Assembly: GCA_047601445.1 (NCBI GenBank)
Contig: JASGJH010000001.1
Coordinates: 8,160,001 to 8,224,000 of the forward strand
Length of the DNA: 64,000 nt
Direction: 5' to 3'
DNA from: Myxococcales bacterium
Lineage (GTDB): Bacteria; Myxococcota_A; Polyangia; Polyangiales; DASUME01
The translations under genes were made by a program, and so were the position numbers. Below are positions 57,273-64,000 of this stretch, in pieces (position 1 is the stretch's first letter; each line of letters begins with the position of its first letter). The notes under the pieces were generated by a model. That model was not told where the DNA came from and ran no database searches. It saw only the letters and a program-made list of their open reading frames with translations.

Positions 57273-58415
57273 ATGCCCGAGAGCGTGCTCGATTCGGGCT
57301 TCCGCACGCTGGATGCCCTCACGTTGGCCGATCTCGAGGCCGTGCGCCTCGCTTTGCGCGGTGGCTCGGTGATCGACTGGTATCGGCTCAATTTCGAGAG
57401 CCGTCGGGAGATCGACGAGTTCATCGCCGTCCAGGAGATGCAGCTCGAGGAGCCCGCGGACGTCGCTCGGGTGGAGGCCGTGAAGAACGCGGCCGTGAGC
57501 TACCTGCGACGCAACTTCGACTTCCCCGTGCCCAAGCCGGTGAGCCAAGCGGACCTGCCCAAGCTGCTCGAGCTGGCGTCCTCGCGTGGTCACCGTCAGC
57601 TGTGCGCCTGCACCATCCTCAAGGTGATGCACATTATCCACCACCTGGATGCGCGGGAGCTCCTGTTCATGTTGCCCGTGTCCGACCAGGAGGTGTTCCA
57701 CCTCGTGGAAGAGAAGGTCTATCGGGTGATCGGCGGCATGCTCGCCAAGGGCTTCCCGATCCTGGAGTTCATCGGCGGCCGCAAGAACAAGGACTCGCTC
57801 TACACCAAGCTGTTGTCCAAGCGCGAGACCATCGCGGCTCAAATCTACGACAAGCTGCGCTTCCGTATCGTGACGCGAACGCCCGACGACATCTGGCCGA
57901 CGCTGAATTACCTGATGCAGAAGGTGTTTCCCTTCAACTACGTGATTCCTGGGCAGTCGACCAACTCGATGTTCGACTTCAAGAGCTACTGCGAGGCGCA
58001 TCCGAACCTCACTCAGCTCTTGCCCAGGCTACAGCTGAGCGTCGATCTCGAGCGCACGAGCGATGGGGTCGACAACCGCTTCACCTCGAACAGCTACCGG
58101 GTGGTGCACCTGGTGGTGGACATGCCGATCCGGCTGGCGCGCGAGATGCTCGAGCAAGTGCCGCCCGCGGGCTGGTCCCTGGGCCCCGTCATCTTCGTGC
58201 AGGCCGAGTTTCAGATCGTCGATCGCGAGACCGAGCAATCCAATGAGCTCGGGGAGGCGAGTCACGCGTCCTACAAGCAGAGGCAACGTCAGGCCGTGAT
58301 GCGGCGGCTGAAGCTCGGCTCCGAGGAGGCGCGCAACAACCCCGAGCTGCGAGACGAGAGCAAGGACAGCGAGCCGAAGGACAGCGAGCCGAAGGACGGC
58401 GAGCCGCACGACTGA
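57273..58415 (+). CDS. TIGR04552-like myxobacterial protein with RelA/SpoT-type nucleotidyltransferase motifs
   Basis: LRGGSVIDW, RKNKDSLYTKLLSK, IYDKLRFRIV, YRVVH, EFQIVD, SHASYK. Confidence 0.8.
   Translation: MPESVLDSGFRTLDALTLADLEAVRLALRGGSVIDWYRLNFESRREIDEFIAVQEMQLEEPADVARVEAVKNAAVSYLRRNFDFPVPKPVSQADLPKLLELASSRGHRQLCACTILKVMHIIHHLDARELLFMLPVSDQEVFHLVEEKVYRVIGGMLAKGFPILEFIGGRKNKDSLYTKLLSKRETIAAQIYDKLRFRIVTRTPDDIWPTLNYLMQKVFPFNYVIPGQSTNSMFDFKSYCEAHPNLTQLLPRLQLSVDLERTSDGVDNRFTSNSYRVVHLVVDMPIRLAREMLEQVPPAGWSLGPVIFVQAEFQIVDRETEQSNELGEASHASYKQRQRQAVMRRLKLGSEEARNNPELRDESKDSEPKDSEPKDGEPHD
58362..58406 (+). repeat. In-frame 15-bp tandem repeat x3 (KDSEP/KDSEP/KDGEP)
   Basis: AAGGACAGCGAGCCG x2 + AAGGACGGCGAGCCG. 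Confidence 0.9.
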
Positions 58416-58476
58416 GCCCACGAGGGCACGCATCCGCGTGGATCCCGTTCGGCAGGGCTGTCTGGGTTGCAGAGCC

Positions 58477-60882
58477 TCAGAAGCGGCGGATGATGCGCAC
58501 GACCTTGCCCGCCTCGACGTCGACTTCGACGTCGTGGGTGAGGTTGTCCGGGGTGCGCAGGCCGATGCGGTGGGCGCCGGCGGGCACGCGCAGCGAGCGC
58601 ACGGGCGTGTCGCGGCCGCTGTCGACTCCGTCGATGAACACCCGGGACCAGGGCAAGGTGCTGATCAAGAGCTCGCCTTGGCCTTCGGCCAGCGTCTCTT
58701 CGTTGATGGCTTCGGCGATCTCGGTCTCACCGACGTCCGCGCGTTGCACCGACGGGCTGCTCGGGTCGCCCTGGTGAGCGGCCTGGGCAGGGCGCGGGCG
58801 GCCGCGCGGCGCGACCGGCTTGGCGCGCTCGATCGGGGCGGGTCCCACTGCGGCCGGCACGGGCAGGGCGCTCGTGGTGGGGCCGCTCGGGGCCTGAGGC
58901 TGCACGGTGGGGGCGGGCAGCGAGTCGACCTTGGGGGCCGCCTTGCCGCTCGGGGCCTGACCGGGGGCTTCGAGGCGCTGGAGGACGGGTTGCACGGCGC
59001 GGGACTCGCCGGGGGCAACATGGACGGAAATGCGGACCGGCTCGTAGCCACGGGCGTCGATGGCCACTTCGTGTACGCCGGGCTCGAGTCCGTCGACGCT
59101 GAGGGGCGGGTTACCGCGCAACACGCCGTCGATGCGGACGAGAGCGTCTGGATCGCCGAGGCTGTCGATCTCGAGGGTCGCGGTGCGGTGCTGCGCCATG
59201 CGCGTGAGGCCGTAGCCGGCACCGAGCAGAATCAGGGCGAGCCCGACCACGGCGGAGCGACGCACCATGCGGCGCGAGTGCTCGCGCTCGCGCTCGAGCG
59301 GAAGCGCCTCGAGCTCGGGAACAGGCGTATTCTGGGGACCCGCCTTGAAGGTCATGGTGGGGATGCGGCGCTCGTCGAGCGGACGCGACTGATAGACCGG
59401 GGCGCGTCGGGACTCGGACGGAGAGCGCTCGTACATGCCGCTCGGGCGTGCCGGGCGGTCGGATGGTGTCTGCTGCTGCTCGTACATGCGGGGAGCCCAG
59501 GGGGCAGCGCCGCGCATGATCACGTCGGAGGGAGCCGGCTGGCGGACGGCCACCGGGTTCGGCGCGGGCACGAGATCGTCCAGCGAGATCCGCGGCTCGC
59601 TCTCGATTTCCCGCAGCTCGTCGAGCTCATCGGCGCTGAAGAAGATTTGGGTCTGCTCGTCGTGAACGTCGTGCTCGCCGCTGAGCTTTGCGAGCTCTTC
59701 CTCGGTGAGTTCGCTGCGACGCGTGACGAGCAGCGGATCGCTCGGGGTCGTCGCGTGATCGTCGCCGCGTGCGAAGCCCTGCTCGCCCGAGCTCTTGGCC
59801 GCGCGCTCGCCGCTTGGGGGAGGCTCGGAGGGCAAGGGGGGCACCGTGGCTCCGCGCACCAGGGCGCCGCGCGAGAGCATGTCTCCGAAGATCTCGAGAC
59901 GCTGCTTCTCGCGCACCACCTCTTGCGCGAAGGCTTCGCGCATCATCACGCCCACGTCGGCCTCGCCGAAGCCAGGATAGTGCGAGTCCAGGAAGCCATA
60001 GAGCGCCTGCTCCATGTCCTGGGCGCTGGCGTAGCGGTCCTGCACGTCGCGGGCGAGTGCCTTGAGCACGATGGCATCGAGCGCGGCGGGGATGCCTGGC
60101 ACCTTGGCCGAAGGCGGCACCACGCGGGCATCGCGGACCTGCTCGAGCGTGGCGAAATCGGTTTCGCCGTAGAACAAGCGCGAGCCCGTGAGGGCTTCAT
60201 GCAGACAGATGCCCATCGCGAACACGTCGGAGCGATGGTCGACGGGCAGGCTGCGGATCATCTCCGGGCTCATGTAGCCGAACTTGCCCTTGAGGATGCC
60301 GGCCTGGGTCTTCTGCGACTGAGAGGCCGCGCGTGCGACGCCGAAGTCGATGAGCTTCACCTGGCCCGAGTAGCCGACGATGATGTTCTGCGGCGAGACG
60401 TCGCGGTGGATGATGTTGAGCGGCTCGCCCGACGCGTCGCACTTGGTGTGAGCGTAGTGCAGGGCGGCGCAAGCCTTGGCGGCGATGAACGAGGCTGCGG
60501 GTGGCGGCACCACTTCGCCCAGCTTCTTGAGCCGGTTCATGACCTTCAACAGGTCGCGGCCCCACAGAAACTGCATGGCGATGTAGTGATCGCCGCGGAC
60601 CCGGCCGAGCTCGTAGATGCGGCAGATGTTCGGGTGCGTGAGCTGACCTGCAATGCGCGCTTCGTCGATGAACATCCCGATGAACTCGCTGTCCTCGGCG
60701 ATGTTCGGCAGGATGCGCTTGATGGCGACGATTTGATCGATGCGGGAGGAGCCGGTCGGGAGCGCCTTGAAGACCTCCGCCATTCCGCCGACGCTGACGC
60801 GCTGGAGCAGTAAGTATTTTCCGAAGGGAGCGATGCGTCCCTTGGGTTGCGAAGCAGGTTCAGCCACAGCCTGGGAAGTCAT
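58477..60882 (-). CDS. Membrane Ser/Thr protein kinase with two PEGA-like domains
   Basis: GGMAEVFKA, HRDVSPQN, DFGVA, GKFGYMSPE; TM; IDGV..G..P, PWSRVFIDG. Confidence 0.93.
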   Translation of the reverse strand: MTSQAVAEPASQPKGRIAPFGKYLLLQRVSVGGMAEVFKALPTGSSRIDQIVAIKRILPNIAEDSEFIGMFIDEARIAGQLTHPNICRIYELGRVRGDHYIAMQFLWGRDLLKVMNRLKKLGEVVPPPAASFIAAKACAALHYAHTKCDASGEPLNIIHRDVSPQNIIVGYSGQVKLIDFGVARAASQSQKTQAGILKGKFGYMSPEMIRSLPVDHRSDVFAMGICLHEALTGSRLFYGETDFATLEQVRDARVVPPSAKVPGIPAALDAIVLKALARDVQDRYASAQDMEQALYGFLDSHYPGFGEADVGVMMREAFAQEVVREKQRLEIFGDMLSRGALVRGATVPPLPSEPPPSGERAAKSSGEQGFARGDDHATTPSDPLLVTRRSELTEEELAKLSGEHDVHDEQTQIFFSADELDELREIESEPRISLDDLVPAPNPVAVRQPAPSDVIMRGAAPWAPRMYEQQQTPSDRPARPSGMYERSPSESRRAPVYQSRPLDERRIPTMTFKAGPQNTPVPELEALPLEREREHSRRMVRRSAVVGLALILLGAGYGLTRMAQHRTATLEIDSLGDPDALVRIDGVLRGNPPLSVDGLEPGVHEVAIDARGYEPVRISVHVAPGESRAVQPVLQRLEAPGQAPSGKAAPKVDSLPAPTVQPQAPSGPTTSALPVPAAVGPAPIERAKPVAPRGRPRPAQAAHQGDPSSPSVQRADVGETEIAEAINEETLAEGQGELLISTLPWSRVFIDGVDSGRDTPVRSLRVPAGAHRIGLRTPDNLTHDVEVDVEAGKVVRIIRRF

Positions 60883-61029
60883 AAGTAGAGGCCGCTGAAT
60901 ATCGCACACTTTCACGCATTTTGTACGTCCATTCGTGGCCAATCTTGAGGTGAGCTGGGACACCATCCTACACGTCGGACGGCTCCTTTGCGCGCTATGC
61001 GAGCTCGAAACGGAGTCGCGATCGCTGCG

Positions 61030-62571
61030 CTACTGGCTCCAAGTTATTGAGGAATCGCCCACTGTCACGAGGTTGTCTTGGGGCGCATCCGAGGGGTGCA
61101 GCGGCGTCACCGCGCAGTCCGTCGTCACGCCCTGAGCGCTCACGACAGGTGCAATCTGGGCTACACGCCACAGCTCTTGCTGCGCATTCGCGGTATCGCT
61201 AAACGGCGTTTTCGTCGGATCGAGCTGGTAGCTTCCGCGCAGCTTTCCGCCGCAGTACACGTTGACCAGCGCGCGCACGGGGATCGGGTCCCCGGTCACG
61301 TGGTCGACCGCCACCTGGAAGATCTCCCCCGCGCGTGGATTGTCGAGGTTGATGTTTTCGGGGAGGTATCGCTTGGTGCTGGTGTTGCCCTGGTTGTCGA
61401 GATCGAGCCGCGGATTGACGCAGTTGTTGCGCAGCTGGTGGATCTGGTCGGCGCTACCGGGGAGGCCCCCCGTGAGGCACCCGCTCACGTCGGGCGACGG
61501 CGGGTGGCCCCAGACGCCCCACGCCAGCGTGAAGTTCTCGTTGGCGAAGGTGAACGCGTAGAGATCCTTGTCGGCGCCATTGTTGGCGTACCACTTGGAA
61601 GTGCGTCCCTGGAGGGCCAGGTGCAGGTCGAGGTCCACGAAGTTGGTGACTGACGTGGGACCCGTCTTGTCCCAGCACAGCTCGACGCGCAGGCCCCCTG
61701 CGCCCACCACCAGCGGGAAGGTGCAGCCCAGGGTATCTCCGGACGTGCGCACGATGGTGAGCGTGACGAGGTAGGTCCCGCTCAGCGTGAACTTGACCTG
61801 GGCCTGCTGCGCATTGGCGTTCTGCAACGTGTAGCTCAGGCTAGATTGCTTGGGGTCGAAGCCCGGGATGCTCGCGAACAACTCGTCGCACGGGGAGCCG
61901 GCGACGCTCCACGTGTAGCTGGCTACGTCATTGCCGTTGTAGAACATGGCGGCGTCGAGCGTGGTCACTGCGAAGGGCTTGACGGGCGGCAAGCGCACGT
62001 CGTCCTCGCCCGGGCAATCGATGAACACGTTGCAGTCCTCGCGCTCGTCGACGCAGCCGTTGCAGTCGTTGTCGAGGCGATCGCAGACCTCGGGCTGAGG
62101 GGAGATGCCGCGCTCGCAGGGGCCCCAGCCAGCGAATTCCAGGCCTCCGTAGCAGACCTGGGTGCCGTGCTGGCAGGCGCCCACCTTGGCGTGTCCGGGC
62201 GGGCCGTCGAAGCAGTCCTGGACGCTGCCCACGACGCAGGTGCAGCCGTCGTCGATGAGGCCGTTGCAGTCGTTGTCGTAGCCATCGCAGAGCGAGGCGG
62301 CCGCTTCGCCGCCTGGACCGAGGACCAGGCAGCCGTCGGGGACCAGCTCTTCTGCGGGGCACATCAAGGCGGAGGCGCCGTCGAGGGCTGCATCCGTGCT
62401 GCCGTCGGCGTCAGGGAGCGTGGCGTCCATGCCTGCATCCGCGTGACCCGCATCGAGCACGCCCTTGCCCGGGCTCGCGCCGTCGTGACAGGCGATGCAG
62501 GCGACTCCACAAAGCAGACCGAACGCGGCAGATAGACGAGAGGAAAAACGCGGCAAGTCGGAAGCCCCCAC
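61030..62571 (-). CDS. Cys-rich secreted/lipoprotein with CDxxDNDCNGxxD repeats, PKD-like and C-terminal beta domain
   Basis: LCDGYDNDCNGLIDDGC, EVCDRLDNDCNGCVDE; SYTWSV..GTYLVTLTI; LRVELCWD..DLDLHL..PENINL. Confidence 0.75.
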   Translation of the reverse strand: MGASDLPRFSSRLSAAFGLLCGVACIACHDGASPGKGVLDAGHADAGMDATLPDADGSTDAALDGASALMCPAEELVPDGCLVLGPGGEAAASLCDGYDNDCNGLIDDGCTCVVGSVQDCFDGPPGHAKVGACQHGTQVCYGGLEFAGWGPCERGISPQPEVCDRLDNDCNGCVDEREDCNVFIDCPGEDDVRLPPVKPFAVTTLDAAMFYNGNDVASYTWSVAGSPCDELFASIPGFDPKQSSLSYTLQNANAQQAQVKFTLSGTYLVTLTIVRTSGDTLGCTFPLVVGAGGLRVELCWDKTGPTSVTNFVDLDLHLALQGRTSKWYANNGADKDLYAFTFANENFTLAWGVWGHPPSPDVSGCLTGGLPGSADQIHQLRNNCVNPRLDLDNQGNTSTKRYLPENINLDNPRAGEIFQVAVDHVTGDPIPVRALVNVYCGGKLRGSYQLDPTKTPFSDTANAQQELWRVAQIAPVVSAQGVTTDCAVTPLHPSDAPQDNLVTVGDSSITWSQ

Positions 62572-62601
62572 CCGAATTGCAGGGGAGGGACGGGCTCGAC
62601 G

Positions 62602-63999
62602 TCAACGCTGGACTTGGAATTCGATCGACGCCGCGGTCACGTTGTAGGCCGCATCGCTCGCGCGCACGGAGCCGATGTGGGTTCCGGGCGCAAGCGCGCT
62701 CAGGTCGACCGCAAAGCGTTCTTCGCGGGTGTCGAGCAAGCCGTCCACGGACGAGATGGGCAAATAAGGTGCCCCGTCGAAGGAGAGCTCGAGCGAGTGG
62801 ATCGGGCCGAGCGCGTCCCGGGCCGTGCCGGAGAGCTGCTTACCTTGCACCTTGAGGTCGATGATCTCGGGGCCGTGGTTGTCCACTAGGATGGGACCGC
62901 TGAAGGCCTCGGAGCGCCGCACGAAGGCCACCGGGTTGCTGTTTTCGTCGGAGGCTTCGACGCGCACACGGTAGAAGCCGTCGGGCAGGGTGCGCGTTTC
63001 CCACTCGTATTCGGTCTGCTCGAGCGGCTCGTGTTCGCGCAGCGCGGGCAGCCACGTGGCATGGGCTTCCTGTCGGAAGAACACGCGGTAGCGCAGACGA
63101 TCTTCGTCGGGATTGTCGACCTCCCACGTGAGCGAGACGATGCTCTTGTGGGGCGGTAGGCCGCCCTTGGCGTCGGGGGTCTTGCCGGGGCGTGTGCGCA
63201 CGTGGCGCAGCTGAGCCTGCTGGTTCTGGGGCAAGTAGTAGGCGTTCAAGGCATAGAGCTCGGCGTCGCCCACCAGGCTCAAGCGCACCTGCAGGAAGCG
63301 CGCGGCGGCGCTCTTGATTGGTCCCTGGGTGGCGCTCTCGGCGGACCACGCCGACCAGCTGTCGTCGGGGGTCTCGGTGTTGCCCGAGCGCGTTGCCCAG
63401 CGCAGCGTTCCGCGCGCGCGAAAGCTCAGCTCGCCGAAGCGAGCGGGCACCTTGGCGTCGAGCGCGGCGCTGGTCCAGAGGCCGTCCTTAGCGTTCGCTT
63501 CCACGCGGTACACCGCGACTCCGTCCGAGGTCACGAAGTGAGGGGCCTTGCCCAAGAGATGGAGTGCCACCACCTGGCGTTCATCGGCGTCGGCCCAGGT
63601 TGCGCGGTCGCCGTTGCGCTCGACCCGAACCACACGGCCCTCCTGGGCGAGGCCCACCTGCACGGCCTGGCCCGAGCTCTCGATCTCGAGCGCGCTGATG
63701 TGACCTGTGTCCGACGCATACAGCTCGTCTAGCTGGCCGTCGAAGCCGAGGGTGTAAAGCTTGCCCTTGCCCGGCTTGGGCCGCCGCAGTCGCGCCGATC
63801 CGAGGTCTTTGCTGGCATCCGGACTGGCTGCCGGTAGGTCCGGAAAATCGTTCGAGGCCACCGCGATGAAGCCCGAGGCTACGTCCAGCGTGGTGATCTC
63901 CTGACCCGGGAAATCATGGAGCACGCTGACCTTGGGCGTTCCCGAGTCCTCCACGCGCAAGAGGCGCGCACCGTTGCTCGTGCCGACGTAGAGCCGACC
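62602..63999 (-). CDS. Secreted beta-propeller/fibronectin-III-like protein, 5'-truncated by window edge
   Basis: Frame open to window end (GRLYVGTS..); TRSGNT..WSAWS, LTWEVDNPDED.L.Y, LPDGFYRVRVEASD. Confidence 0.75.
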   Translation of the reverse strand, partial: GRLYVGTSNGARLLRVEDSGTPKVSVLHDFPGQEITTLDVASGFIAVASNDFPDLPAASPDASKDLGSARLRRPKPGKGKLYTLGFDGQLDELYASDTGHISALEIESSGQAVQVGLAQEGRVVRVERNGDRATWADADERQVVALHLLGKAPHFVTSDGVAVYRVEANAKDGLWTSAALDAKVPARFGELSFRARGTLRWATRSGNTETPDDSWSAWSAESATQGPIKSAAARFLQVRLSLVGDAELYALNAYYLPQNQQAQLRHVRTRPGKTPDAKGGLPPHKSIVSLTWEVDNPDEDRLRYRVFFRQEAHATWLPALREHEPLEQTEYEWETRTLPDGFYRVRVEASDENSNPVAFVRRSEAFSGPILVDNHGPEIIDLKVQGKQLSGTARDALGPIHSLELSFDGAPYLPISSVDGLLDTREERFAVDLSALAPGTHIGSVRASDAAYNVTAASIEFQVQR

Positions 64000-64000
64000 C

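Overview
GC-rich chromosomal window, most likely from a Myxococcota bacterium (inferred from the MYXO-CTERM-like motif, TIGR04552-like gene, AglRQS-like motor, PEGA Ser/Thr kinases and Cys-rich surface lipoproteins). I found no rRNA, tRNA, CRISPR array, prophage or transposase. Housekeeping genes (cysE-type, moaB, htpG, argG, xseB, ribF, lon) alternate with envelope, lipid and signalling loci. The main finding is a predicted sigma54-driven two-gene surface-protein operon (1008-9318). Gene 1 is an integrin-beta-like vWA lipoprotein whose vWA domain is split by about 810 aa: five N-halves of PPC-like domains followed by five C-halves, apparently a nested ('matryoshka') insertion. Gene 2 is a Ca-binding repeat protein with an internal MYXO-CTERM-like motif running directly into a second lipoprotein signal. 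Other points of interest: an ERG2/sigma-1-like gene near an SDR-DUF1214-sulfotransferase operon; a DUF455 plus ATP-grasp pair; two back-to-back ExbB-ExbD-ExbD operons; an orphan TatT/DctP pair; two apparent pseudoenzymes; a 26-bp-period hairpin array upstream of a peroxiredoxin; and two single-base frameshifts that may be sequencing errors. All family calls come from motif reading by eye; no database search was run.
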